A DNA stretch of 64,000 bases. Source: Acidimicrobiia bacterium (lineage in GTDB: Bacteria; Actinomycetota; Acidimicrobiia; IMCC26256; JAGPDB01). Positions 18,500-27,366 of this stretch are shown here, one piece after another; the stretch's first letter is position 1; the number at the start of each line of letters is the position of its first letter. Location: positions 58,264 to 122,263 of the forward strand of contig JAXLRE010000005.1 in the NCBI GenBank assembly GCA_046331265.1, in the 5' to 3' direction. A model generated the notes under the pieces. The model was not told the origin of the DNA. It searched no databases and was given only the letters and a program-made list of their open reading frames with translations. The position numbers and the translations under genes were made by a program.

Positions 18500-18931
18500 A
18501 TGAAAAAAATTAGATATGGAATTGGATTAAAAGCATTAGCAGTATCTTCCGTATTACTTGTTGGCGGATGTGCGAATGGTCAAGCTGCTGAAAAGAATAT
18601 TAAAGATCATAGAGAAAGAGTAACTGTGGTTCAAGAAAATAACATTGAGGAAAAAGATATCGACCAAGTCGTTGGACTGTTGCACAGAAGCGAAACTTTA
18701 CCTGCTCCAACAAATGTTACAGAACGACTTCAACAGCAAGGCGATCTTGATGTTTTGTTCGAGACCTGTCCTCGCATGTTTGAGGGTGCAACAGATGCAC
18801 AAAAACAACGGTTGACTAATGCCGTTAAATCTCTATTTGAAAATAATTCGTTTGCTTCCAATTATGCATCACACAAACCAATAACTTCTTTTTGTGGAGT
18901 AGATATCGCTAAGGCTTTAGGCCGAAACTAG
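18500..18931 (+). CDS. Small lipoprotein, possible cognate inhibitor or immunity protein
   Basis: Lipobox 'LVGGC'. Starts 6 nt after the protease gene. The function is inferred from position only. Confidence 0.5.
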   Translation: MKKIRYGIGLKALAVSSVLLVGGCANGQAAEKNIKDHRERVTVVQENNIEEKDIDQVVGLLHRSETLPAPTNVTERLQQQGDLDVLFETCPRMFEGATDAQKQRLTNAVKSLFENNSFASNYASHKPITSFCGVDIAKALGRN

Positions 18932-18943
18932 GTTTTAATACAC

Positions 18944-20485
18944 TTACCTATATGCATTTAGTGTTTTTTGAAGTTCGCTTCTGTGCACAACTCCTAAAAG
19001 TCCAACGTTACCATTATCAAAGAGTGTAAATAAGACGCGATAATCTTTATATCCCCTACTTCCTTTTCTCCGACCATCACTTAAGCTTGAAAAACCTTTG
19101 TGTTCCGATGGCTTCAATTCGAAAATAGCTAAAGACTTACCACTTGGATCAGAATACTGCCTTTGTGTTGCAATTTTCTTTATCCCCGTCGCGTTATGAA
19201 CCATATCTAGATTTTCTAACGCATGGACAACTGGATCAATAGCTAATCCTGTCGGATAGTTTGGAAAACGATGATCAGACAAATTTCTATCTAATGCAAT
19301 AATATTTTCAGCTGCAGTTACTGCTGGTATGACTTTACGTTTTACAACTTCATCAGTTTTTTTCTCGACAAGCTGCTCTCTCTGTTCCCCTTCTGCCTTA
19401 GGTAGATTTTTTCTTTTCCTTAATTCTGAGTTTTTCCACGCTATGGCATTTTTGAGAGATATCAGTAATGCATTTTGTGCAGGATTCCGGTTTAAAGTAA
19501 ACCCTCTAGGTAAACCTTGACTTATGAATCTATCGAAGTTTCTGACGAATGCTTCCATTAATTCATGTAACATTTCACTTGCTTTAGCTGCAGCTACAGC
19601 CTCAGAATTTATCGTTTTCGAATATATATCTATTCTTGTCCTCATCTTCCCATAGTTTTTTTCGGCTCGTTGGTAAAATGAAGCTATTCTCTCTTTATAA
19701 CCAAATAGCAGTTCACTTGGCCAAAGATCCATTGGCGTTTGTAATAATTTTTCTGCAACTTGAGATTTGTCAACACCTGTTATTGTTGATAAAAAACTAA
19801 CTGATCTTGATGCAAAACTATTTTCATCTTCTAATTCTTTTTCCAAAATCTTCTTAAACAAAATATTTTTTGCATCTGATCCATTTTGAAATAGTTTTTT
19901 ATAAATATCGAACTCAGGGTCCAGCATCGAAAAGTAAATTACTGCATTAATCAAAGTCTCGCACCCAGGATATCTACCTGAGTTAATGTCAGTGCTTTCT
20001 AGAATTTCAAGTAATTGCACTTTGGCTTTAATATCGTCGTCTTTTAGCAGTTGAATAAAAGATTGAAACACATCTGGCAACTCATCAAACGACAGCTGAC
20101 TTGATTCACGATTCGGTTCAACTTCTCCCTGAGTATCATCAATTGCTTTATATATATCTTCAACAACATCAATTAGATCATTTATAGACGCATGGAATCT
20201 GGCTGGATACTCACTAGCTGCTGCTCTTAATAACTCGAAAGACTTTTCCCAACCATGTGGTTCTGAAAAGAAAACGAAACTCGCAGAAAGTTGTCTTACA
20301 AAATCATCGAAAGAATTATAAAGATTTCGTTTACCAGCTCTGCTCGTGCCATTTATTTCTATTTCTTGAACATCAAAGTTTGTAAAAGAAAAATACTCTC
20401 TTACTACCTCAAGTTTTTCTTGATCTACCAGGTATGCTTCTAATTGCAAAAGGTCTAAATGTCCGTTTAGTAATTTTGTATCCAT
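18944..20485 (-). CDS. Large hypothetical protein with RelE/HigB(Gp49)-like C-terminal region
   Basis: C-terminus 'LAIFELKPS...YKDYRVLFTLFDNGNVGLLGVVHRSE' follows the HigB/Gp49 pattern (ELR..., YRvlf..., hR). The N-terminal ~420 aa are not recognised. Confidence 0.5.
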   Translation of the reverse strand: MDTKLLNGHLDLLQLEAYLVDQEKLEVVREYFSFTNFDVQEIEINGTSRAGKRNLYNSFDDFVRQLSASFVFFSEPHGWEKSFELLRAAASEYPARFHASINDLIDVVEDIYKAIDDTQGEVEPNRESSQLSFDELPDVFQSFIQLLKDDDIKAKVQLLEILESTDINSGRYPGCETLINAVIYFSMLDPEFDIYKKLFQNGSDAKNILFKKILEKELEDENSFASRSVSFLSTITGVDKSQVAEKLLQTPMDLWPSELLFGYKERIASFYQRAEKNYGKMRTRIDIYSKTINSEAVAAAKASEMLHELMEAFVRNFDRFISQGLPRGFTLNRNPAQNALLISLKNAIAWKNSELRKRKNLPKAEGEQREQLVEKKTDEVVKRKVIPAVTAAENIIALDRNLSDHRFPNYPTGLAIDPVVHALENLDMVHNATGIKKIATQRQYSDPSGKSLAIFELKPSEHKGFSSLSDGRRKGSRGYKDYRVLFTLFDNGNVGLLGVVHRSELQKTLNAYR

Positions 20486-20512
20486 ACTTACAATTATGTA
20501 CTTTAATGTGAT

Positions 20513-22381
20513 TTACGAGTTTTGTCCAGAATTGGACGGTTGAGCCAAAGTGCATATTGCACTTGATAGCTCATCTTGTGAGAGCGCTTTCGAATTATAA
20601 GTTACTTGGTAATTAACGTTTTCAGGCTGACCCGACGCATTTGCTGAATTGACATCAACTGGATCTAAACAATATTTCCCTAATAAATCTGTCTTTGAAT
20701 TTATAGTTAACTGACCAGCCTTAGAAGGAATATTCAAAGGAGGTTTATCGAATCCACAATCAATACATTGAGACTCGACATCATTAACTGTTATTGAAAA
20801 ATTATTTAGATTTGAAAAAGTAGCAACTGAAGCAAAAATATTTCCAGCTACCATTGGATCATACGATCCTGAAAGATCAATATTTAGATTGATTTCACTA
20901 TTTGACGAATAGCTATTATCAATATATGCAGCTTCGTATAGACCAACACTAATATCAGCGTTAATAACAACCTTTCGATCGCTAGATGCACTTGAATAGA
21001 GTTGGATTCCACCTATTAGTCCATTCGAAGAGCGAACTGAATCTTCATTAGACAATATTAAAGTTTTAACATCCATCGGAATCGAGACTCTTACGTCATT
21101 ATATTTCTGACATGTACTACATGTTTGTTTTTCTATTGGATAACTAGCAGTTAGTTTTGATTTATTTTTATCAAAACGTACTCTTTCTTTCCTGCTTAAT
21201 CTTGACGTCGTAGTGCTTTCGACATGAACTTTTCCATCACTAGATTCATCTATCTGTATTTGAACATCACCATCATATGAAATTTCTAATGTTTCGCTTT
21301 TAGAGGAATCGTATTCATAGCTATAAGTCTTATTGTTTGATTTGGCAATTCTGTCACTTATATCTATACCCCTGAATATAGATATAGGGGCAAGCGCTGT
21401 TGATAAAAATAGAAGAATTACAATTGAAATTAGTACCTTCGATTGCAATTTACTATTTCGTTTTAATAAGGAATAAGTAAATGCAATAAATGAAGCCAAC
21501 CAAAGAATAAACAATAAAAACCCAGTAGACACAATTACTCGATCAAAAGCATGGAGTGTAAATGGAATAATTTCTAGCTGTTGACTCCGAGTGATAAATA
21601 TAGAAAAAATAAAGCCAACCAAACTTAGACCCATTAAACCAGCTGCCCCAAATATCATCATCCAAGCACAAGTTTTAATTGATACTTTAAGTAGATTGAT
21701 AAAAAATTTGAATAAATTTTGTATTTGCATTTCACGTTTTGTTAATCCAACATCCACTGAAAGTTCTCTCAAATTCGCAGCTTCATCCAAAGAAGGAACA
21801 ACACCCTTCATTTGCGCTTGATCAAAAACTGTTTTTGCATCAGGAAGGATGATCACGAGAACTACATATATACCGACAGTGAATAAAGAAAACATGAAGG
21901 CCAAAAATAGAATTTCAGATTTTGCAAGTAGCCCTGCAAAAATAAACCCAAATATATATGCAAATATTGGACTTAGAAACATAAGCCGGAAAATTGATTC
22001 GCTAATTTCAAAATATTTACTAAGGCCAACACAAACGCCCGAAATCATGCCTCGTTTTGAATCTCTATATAATTTTCTTTTCTGAAGCTTTTCTTCAGGA
22101 CTAGTTGCAATATCTTCTTCTGTCGAGACTTCATCAGAAAGTTCACCAATCTGATCAAGTACGCCAGCCATTGTTTCAGAATCAATAACATCACTTCGTT
22201 TTACGTTTCTTTGTTCAAGTAATTCAACTATTCGAAGCTCGACATCATTAGTAAGTTCTTGCGCAATTTCGTCATCGAACTTTAAACCAATTCTATTTAT
22301 GTAATTTTCCAATATTGAATACGCTTCGTCTTCAATATAATATGGAATTTTTGCAATATGGATTGTCTTTACTTGCTTCAT
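20513..22381 (-). CDS. PspC domain membrane protein with large C-terminal extracytoplasmic region
   Basis: N-terminal 'IHIAKIPYYIEDEAYSILENYI'. PspC motif 'GMISGVCVGLSKYFEISESIFRLMFL'. Several TM helices. Start lies 2 nt downstream of the padR stop. Confidence 0.75.
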   Translation of the reverse strand: MKQVKTIHIAKIPYYIEDEAYSILENYINRIGLKFDDEIAQELTNDVELRIVELLEQRNVKRSDVIDSETMAGVLDQIGELSDEVSTEEDIATSPEEKLQKRKLYRDSKRGMISGVCVGLSKYFEISESIFRLMFLSPIFAYIFGFIFAGLLAKSEILFLAFMFSLFTVGIYVVLVIILPDAKTVFDQAQMKGVVPSLDEAANLRELSVDVGLTKREMQIQNLFKFFINLLKVSIKTCAWMMIFGAAGLMGLSLVGFIFSIFITRSQQLEIIPFTLHAFDRVIVSTGFLLFILWLASFIAFTYSLLKRNSKLQSKVLISIVILLFLSTALAPISIFRGIDISDRIAKSNNKTYSYEYDSSKSETLEISYDGDVQIQIDESSDGKVHVESTTTSRLSRKERVRFDKNKSKLTASYPIEKQTCSTCQKYNDVRVSIPMDVKTLILSNEDSVRSSNGLIGGIQLYSSASSDRKVVINADISVGLYEAAYIDNSYSSNSEINLNIDLSGSYDPMVAGNIFASVATFSNLNNFSITVNDVESQCIDCGFDKPPLNIPSKAGQLTINSKTDLLGKYCLDPVDVNSANASGQPENVNYQVTYNSKALSQDELSSAICTLAQPSNSGQNS

Positions 22382-22383
22382 GA

Positions 22384-22746
22384 CTAACCTTTATTTTTTT
22401 CTAATGAATTTATGTTGTTGGTAATCTTTTTCCACTCGCTGGAAATAACTTTTAAATAAGTTTTTCCTTCATCACTTATGCGATAATACTTTCGAGGAGG
22501 CCCATTGGGAGATTCTTGCCACTCGTACTCCAGCAGCCCATCGCTTTTGAGTCTGTTAAGGAGAGGGTATATAGTTCCTTCCGAAACTATTAATTCGTGA
22601 GTTTTTAATTTCTCGAGGAGGTCTGAAGAATAGACGCTTCCTTTCGAACAAATAGTTAATATGCAATAAGTAAGCACACCTTTTCTCACTTGTGTTGTAA
22701 AACTTGCAGCGATTTCATTTGGATCCACAAGATCAGAGTACCACAT
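22384..22746 (-). CDS. PadR family transcriptional regulator
   Basis: Winged-helix 'GTIYPLLNRLKSDGLLEYEWQESPNGPPRKYYRISDEGK'. Confidence 0.9.
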   Translation of the reverse strand: MWYSDLVDPNEIAASFTTQVRKGVLTYCILTICSKGSVYSSDLLEKLKTHELIVSEGTIYPLLNRLKSDGLLEYEWQESPNGPPRKYYRISDEGKTYLKVISSEWKKITNNINSLEKNKG

Positions 22747-22858
22747 GCTACCTTGTATTGCAAGGTTTCTTGTTTTACCATGCTAACAACGCATTTGACC
22801 TAAGAAGAAAGCGAATCGAAATCGCTGCATCTACTCTTGTATGCTTATATGTTCTGGG

Positions 22859-22985
22859 TTAAGAGTTTGCGGCTCTGGGTCCGTCGCAATGGTTCCTGGT
22901 GAAACAGGTCAGGTCGGGAACGAAGCAGCCTTCAGCTTAGGTAACCGTGTGCCGTCGGGTTGCCGAGAGTCGCAAACTCTTAATC
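22859..22985 (+). ncRNA. ffs: Signal recognition particle RNA (small/4.5S type)
   Basis: Conserved domain IV 'CAGGTCAGGTCGGGAACGAAGCAGCC' with a GGAA tetraloop. Closing helix AAGAGTTTGCG / CGCAAACTCTT. T-rich tract follows. Ends are approximate. Confidence 0.85.
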
Positions 22986-22995
22986 CTTTTATTTT

Positions 22996-23083
22996 GGAGG
23001 GGTGCGAGAGCGGCCGAATCGGCACGCCTGGAAAGCGTGTGTGGAGCAATTCACCCGGGGTTCAAATCCCCGTCCCTCCGCCA
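22996..23083 (+). tRNA. tRNA-Ser (anticodon GGA)
   Basis: Manual cloverleaf: acceptor GGAGGGG/TCCCTCC, anticodon stem CACGC/GCGTG with loop CTGGAAA, long variable arm, T-arm CGGGG-TTCAAAT-CCCCG, encoded GCCA. Confidence 0.9.
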
Positions 23084-23100
23084 AGTGTAAATCAACACCT

Positions 23101-23133
23101 CCGGGGTATTACAAACTCCCCGTCCCTCCGCCA
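23101..23133 (+). repeat. tRNA-Ser(GGA) T-arm/3'-end mimic
   Basis: CCGGGGTATTACAAACTCCCCGTCCCTCCGCCA repeats the tRNA's last 16 nt (CCCCGTCCCTCCGCCA). It keeps the CGGGG/CCCCG stem, but the loop is TATTACAAACT. Confidence 0.85.
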
Positions 23134-23144
23134 CATTCCTATCC

Positions 23145-23193
23145 GTGTTGGGTCGAAAAACTATCGAAAATCGATAGAAAATCCCACAAACAC
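23145..23193. repeat. Palindromic element, chimeric A-core-B' form (left inverted repeat)
   Basis: GTGTTGGGTCGAAAAACTATCGAAAATCGATAGAAAATCCCACAAACAC. Exact reverse complement of 24892..24940. Confidence 0.9.
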
Positions 23194-23211
23194 AACTTAA
23201 GGAAGTACAAA

Positions 23212-23727
23212 ATGCAAATACGCGAAGCCGATCGTTCAGATTTAAAACAAATTGCACACGTCGCAAAAACATCTTATGTAGATGCATTTGGAGAATATTT
23301 TAAAGATAAGGATGCCCTCGAAAAAGAAACACAAGAACGAAGATCAGAAAAATATTTTGAAAGTATTTTTGAGACTGACCAAATATTGGTCGCTGTTGAT
23401 AACGAATTAATAGTTGGATATCTACAATTCGGTGTACCCACACTCAACATCGAATTAAAACCAAACTCTATAGAACTTAAAAGGCTTTACGTGTTAACTC
23501 AATATCATTCAAAAGGATTTGGAAAAGCCCTTTTAAACTCAATGCTTGCTCATAATAAGCTATCAAACATTCATACCATCTATTTAGAGGTCTGGCCGAA
23601 GAATGAAAAGGCAGTTAACCTATACAAAAGTTTTGGGTTTGTAGATACTGGACACAAAAGACCATTTTATGAAAATGGAATCGAAGTTGGTTTCGATAGC
23701 GTTTATGAACTTACTTTAAGCAATTAG
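23212..23727 (+). CDS. GNAT family N-acetyltransferase
   Basis: ATG 23212 after AAGGAAG. The longer ORF from 23002 overlaps the tRNA. Acetyl-CoA motif 'QYHSKGFGKALL'. Confidence 0.85.
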   Translation: MQIREADRSDLKQIAHVAKTSYVDAFGEYFKDKDALEKETQERRSEKYFESIFETDQILVAVDNELIVGYLQFGVPTLNIELKPNSIELKRLYVLTQYHSKGFGKALLNSMLAHNKLSNIHTIYLEVWPKNEKAVNLYKSFGFVDTGHKRPFYENGIEVGFDSVYELTLSN

Positions 23728-23748
23728 CCAATCGATGTCATTGAGTTA

Positions 23749-24345
23749 TCAGAGTGATCTAGTCGGTCCTAAGAAGGCTTCTATCTTTCTATGAATTTCA
23801 TCTACCAATGGAACTCTTTGCATTCGTTGATACTGTGACCATGGAACCCAACAATGATGATCGTGTTCTTCATTAAGAACAATTGGAGGTTGTTCATCAC
23901 CTCCCAAAATCAACCTTGCAGGCGCACAATGTAATGTTCTGCCATCGCGTGTATGAAAAACAAATGGATGTCCGACAAAAAGTGTGTCCCCTGCACCTGG
24001 AATAATTGATGATTCAGAAAGTAGCTCTTCAAGTATTGTTTCTACAACACTATGCTCAGTACCATCACCTTGAACATGTCCCGCAATATTGTTGTACAAG
24101 CCAGAAAATCCATTTACCTTGCTCACTTTTCGACAAGCCAGAAAATCAGCACCATGTACAACTTCAACATTTACTATTGGAAGAACGTTTCGCCCCGTAA
24201 AATCTAGGCCTCCATACTCGTCGCTAAATGGAAGCCCTTCTAATGCAAAAGCTCTCATTAAATCTAAAAAATGATCTTCAACACCGTCGGCGATTGTTAG
24301 TGCAAATTCTCTACCTGATCCTGCCGGTATATTAGGAGCTGCCAA
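23749..24345 (-). CDS. Hypothetical protein, possibly a divergent Nudix fold
   Basis: 'AGHVQGDGTEHSVVETILEELLSES' resembles a degenerate Nudix box (extra residue, no Arg). This is a weak call. Confidence 0.35.
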   Translation of the reverse strand: MAAPNIPAGSGREFALTIADGVEDHFLDLMRAFALEGLPFSDEYGGLDFTGRNVLPIVNVEVVHGADFLACRKVSKVNGFSGLYNNIAGHVQGDGTEHSVVETILEELLSESSIIPGAGDTLFVGHPFVFHTRDGRTLHCAPARLILGGDEQPPIVLNEEHDHHCWVPWSQYQRMQRVPLVDEIHRKIEAFLGPTRSL

Positions 24346-24427
24346 ATCCGTTTATCCTTACTTTTAAATACTTAACCTAAAAATTGTAGTACCAATGAGA
24401 ACAAATAAATTAATGTAAGGTGTAAAT

Positions 24428-24874
24428 GTGAGAAGGATTTCTGACCTTATTGTTTTCGTTATTCAGGCTGCATTAATTTATTTCGTTTTGTATTTTTCGA
24501 ACGCTAATGGTTCTATTCTGAACAATGTTGGCTTAGCGATTTTTGTTTTACTTGCGATCTCAATAGGACTTAAAGCAATGTACGACATGGGGGAAAAGAG
24601 TTTTGCTATAGCTCCAAAACCTCCAGAGAAATCGGAGCTAGTTACAAGGGGTATTTACTCAAGAGTTCGAAACCCAATGTATTTAAGTGTTCTTATATTT
24701 TGCACTTCAATAACCATCTTTCGTTTTACGCTTTTAAGTCTCTTCTTTTTACTCCTGCTTATAGTGTTTTTAATTGTTAAAGTTCATTTAGAAGAGCGAT
24801 TTTTGGCTCAAAGGTTCCCTGAATATCCTCAATACAAAGCTTCAACAAAACGTTTCATCCCACATATCCACTAA
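24428..24874 (+). CDS. Isoprenylcysteine carboxyl methyltransferase (ICMT/PEMT) family membrane methyltransferase
   Basis: TM helices plus 'LVTRGIYSRVRNPMYLSVL' and 'EERFLAQRFPEYPQYKASTKRFIP'. GTG start after AAGGTG. Confidence 0.8.
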   Translation: MRRISDLIVFVIQAALIYFVLYFSNANGSILNNVGLAIFVLLAISIGLKAMYDMGEKSFAIAPKPPEKSELVTRGIYSRVRNPMYLSVLIFCTSITIFRFTLLSLFFLLLLIVFLIVKVHLEERFLAQRFPEYPQYKASTKRFIPHIH

Positions 24875-24891
24875 TTAAACATCTTTGCGAG

Positions 24892-24940
24892 GTGTTTGTG
24901 GGATTTTCTATCGATTTTCGATAGTTTTTCGACCCAACAC
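24892..24940. repeat. Palindromic element, chimeric B-core-A' form (right inverted repeat)
   Basis: GTGTTTGTGGGATTTTCTATCGATTTTCGATAGTTTTTCGACCCAACAC. Exact reverse complement of 23145..23193. Confidence 0.9.
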
Positions 24941-24943
24941 GGG

Positions 24944-24949
24944 TATAAT
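24944..24949 (+). promoter_or_regulatory. Candidate -10 box (TATAAT) for the 24973 gene
   Basis: Perfect TATAAT 4 nt after the palindromic element and 24 nt before the ATG, with GGAGCCAAGGA between them. No convincing -35. Confidence 0.3.
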
Positions 24950-24972
24950 GGGGAGCCAAGGAATGGACGAAA

Positions 24973-26328
24973 ATGGCATGGAAAAAGCCTCCGGCTGAAT
25001 TAGTTAAACCACTATTTGACTTAAATCAACCACAAGAATTTTTGCTGCGCCCACTTACCGGTAGCGAAAAAAGCGCTATCAACCATTGGGTTCAATTTTA
25101 TAAATTAAAAGCATCAAACGGATCACAATCGATCAGTTTGTATGGACCAGAATTTTGCAAGTTACTTGTTAATCGATGGGGATTTTCTACATCAGAAATT
25201 TCTGCAACAAGTATCCCAAAAAATGCTCTCTTTCAAAATTTATTTAAATATGCTCCTCATCTAACAGCAATGAGTGCACTAGCAAGAATTACAGGGTTAC
25301 CAACAAGACCAAGCGAAGAAGAAAAACGACTAGCTTTTCGTGAAACTGTTGAAATGTATAGAGCCCAACATGGGCAAGACCATCTTCCGCGAATGCAAGA
25401 TTTTATTGCATTTCACGATGCGAGGACTTTTCTTCCAAATGTTGGTTTACTCGCTTTAGATCCACGCGCATACAAACAATATAAGAATAAATCTATCAGT
25501 AGCCACTCTACAAAAGATATGTACAGATTTTATTTTGATGTTCCAGCAGAAATATCAGAAGAATTGTTGAATGAAAATTTCGATAAAAAAGCTCCACCAA
25601 AAGTTCAAGAGTTAGTTGAAAATTATAAAAATGTTTATGATTGGATGTTCGAAAACAATCCCAATCGACCACGAAATAGTTTTCCTACTTATTTAGATAT
25701 AGGTTTATATGCAGAAGAAAAAGGAGGCATTAGTTGGTCAACATATCAAGATTGGTTATATGGACCCAACCCCGAAAAATACGGAAAACTCCCCAATGGA
25801 ATAAGACCAAGTTTTGAATTCTTGTACAAACAATGTGGCGTCGATATTGAAAGAAAGCCTCTAAGAAGACAACACCCAAAGCCAAAAGGATACTGGACAC
25901 GATACAAAATGCAAGAAGCATTCTTTGTGGCCTGGCAACATCTAAACCCAGACGGATTTAAACCTAAAGAACGCAAACTTAGCGATCCCCCATCTTCATT
26001 AGATCTAAAACGTTTAGTCCAAGTTCAAGCATTAATTATTCAAGAGCATGGCCACTTAGTTCCAGAAGAATGTAAGAAATTAAACGTTCCTGCTGTAGAA
26101 CTTCCGTCTGCTTCAACTATACAAATTTTTTATCCTGGCGGTTTTCAGAAAATGTTGCGTGATATTGAGGACAAATTATTACCTATGGGAGGCATTAAGT
26201 TCTCTAATCGCAGACAGTTAACAAGATTTAAAGTCGCCTATGAAAAATCTGGACTTGAGCCGACTGATGTTCCAAGAGCAGTCACAAATTATCGATCACC
26301 ACGTGCTGTAAAGGGTCGAGCGCGCTGA
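24973..26328 (+). CDS. Hypothetical protein (451 aa, basic)
   Basis: Long uninterrupted ORF. No family recognised by eye. Confidence 0.55.
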   Translation: MAWKKPPAELVKPLFDLNQPQEFLLRPLTGSEKSAINHWVQFYKLKASNGSQSISLYGPEFCKLLVNRWGFSTSEISATSIPKNALFQNLFKYAPHLTAMSALARITGLPTRPSEEEKRLAFRETVEMYRAQHGQDHLPRMQDFIAFHDARTFLPNVGLLALDPRAYKQYKNKSISSHSTKDMYRFYFDVPAEISEELLNENFDKKAPPKVQELVENYKNVYDWMFENNPNRPRNSFPTYLDIGLYAEEKGGISWSTYQDWLYGPNPEKYGKLPNGIRPSFEFLYKQCGVDIERKPLRRQHPKPKGYWTRYKMQEAFFVAWQHLNPDGFKPKERKLSDPPSSLDLKRLVQVQALIIQEHGHLVPEECKKLNVPAVELPSASTIQIFYPGGFQKMLRDIEDKLLPMGGIKFSNRRQLTRFKVAYEKSGLEPTDVPRAVTNYRSPRAVKGRAR

Positions 26329-26388
26329 GTAAGGGCACCCTAATTTACATTCGAAAATCGTCGTAGACGAGTTGTATACTCGAGTCCT

Positions 26389-27366
26389 ATGTCAGAAAAT
26401 TCAATTGAAATTAAAGACCTCCATAAATCTTATGGAGATAAAGAAGTTCTAAAGGGAATTAACTTTTCAGTAGGAAAAGGAAAGATCGTTGCCATACTTG
26501 GACCGAACGGTGCAGGTAAAACAACAACAATAAAGATCCTATCGACTCTTATATCTGCAGATAGTGGCGAAGCATTTGTTAATGGACACAGCATCTACAC
26601 CCAGGCTCCTCAAGTTAGAGCTTCAATTGGTTTAACCGGCCAGTTCGCTGCTGTAGATGAATACTTAACTGGCGAAGAAAATCTTCAACTAGTCGGACAC
26701 TTGTATCACATGAAAGCAGATAAGGCGAAAGAAATAGCAACTCGACTTATTGAAGATTTTGATTTAACTGAAGCGGCAAAAAAACCAGTAAAAACTTATT
26801 CAGGTGGTATGAAAAGAAAAATTGACTTAGCAATGAGTTTAATTGCTAATCCTCCAATTTTATTCTTGGATGAACCTACAACAGGCCTCGACCCTCGAAG
26901 TCGTCTCGCAATGTGGGAAACAATTAAAAAACTAGCAAGTAGAGGCACAACAATTTTGTTGACTACACAGTACATGGATGAAGCTGATTATTTGGCAGAA
27001 AATATAATCGTGATAGATCATGGACAAGTCATCGCACAAGGAACACCAGCTGAATTAAAGCTACAAGTTGGTTCTGAACGTCTAGACATTATTATCAATA
27101 AGCAAGAAGACTTTTCTAAAGCCTTAGAACTTTTAAGCTCGAACGATGTTGAATCAAATGAAGATGAACGTTCAATAAGTTTGCCAGCTGCAGATGGAGT
27201 TAAGCAGCTAAATACAGCAATAACTGCATTAGAAGAAGCAAAGATTGATATCGAAACCATTTCGCTTAGAAGACCTACATTGGATGATGTTTTCCTAACC
27301 CTTACAGGACATAAAGCAACTAATGAAGATGAAAATGTAAGCAAAAAATCGAAGGGTAAAAAATAA
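26389..27366 (+). CDS. ABC transporter ATP-binding protein (DrrA/ABC-2 type)
   Basis: 'GPNGAGKTT', signature 'YSGGMKRK', Walker B 'ILFLDEPTTGLD'. Confidence 0.9.
   Translation: MSENSIEIKDLHKSYGDKEVLKGINFSVGKGKIVAILGPNGAGKTTTIKILSTLISADSGEAFVNGHSIYTQAPQVRASIGLTGQFAAVDEYLTGEENLQLVGHLYHMKADKAKEIATRLIEDFDLTEAAKKPVKTYSGGMKRKIDLAMSLIANPPILFLDEPTTGLDPRSRLAMWETIKKLASRGTTILLTTQYMDEADYLAENIIVIDHGQVIAQGTPAELKLQVGSERLDIIINKQEDFSKALELLSSNDVESNEDERSISLPAADGVKQLNTAITALEEAKIDIETISLRRPTLDDVFLTLTGHKATNEDENVSKKSKGKK

Noticed and set aside
16740-18931. Calling the calpain cassette a type VII secretion (ESX) substrate locus
   Set aside because: The small protein has no true WxG. No EccC/EssC, EccB, EccD or MycP genes are in the window, and streamlined actinobacteria may lack a T7SS. 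This is kept as one hypothesis inside the finding.
22841-23211. ORFs 22841..23200 (+), 23002..23211 (the 5' extension of the GNAT ORF) and 23051..23287 (-)
   Set aside because: They run across the SRP RNA, tRNA-Ser(GGA), the tRNA-end mimic and the palindromic element. The GNAT gene has a good RBS and ATG at 23212. These are read-through artefacts of RNA genes and repeats.
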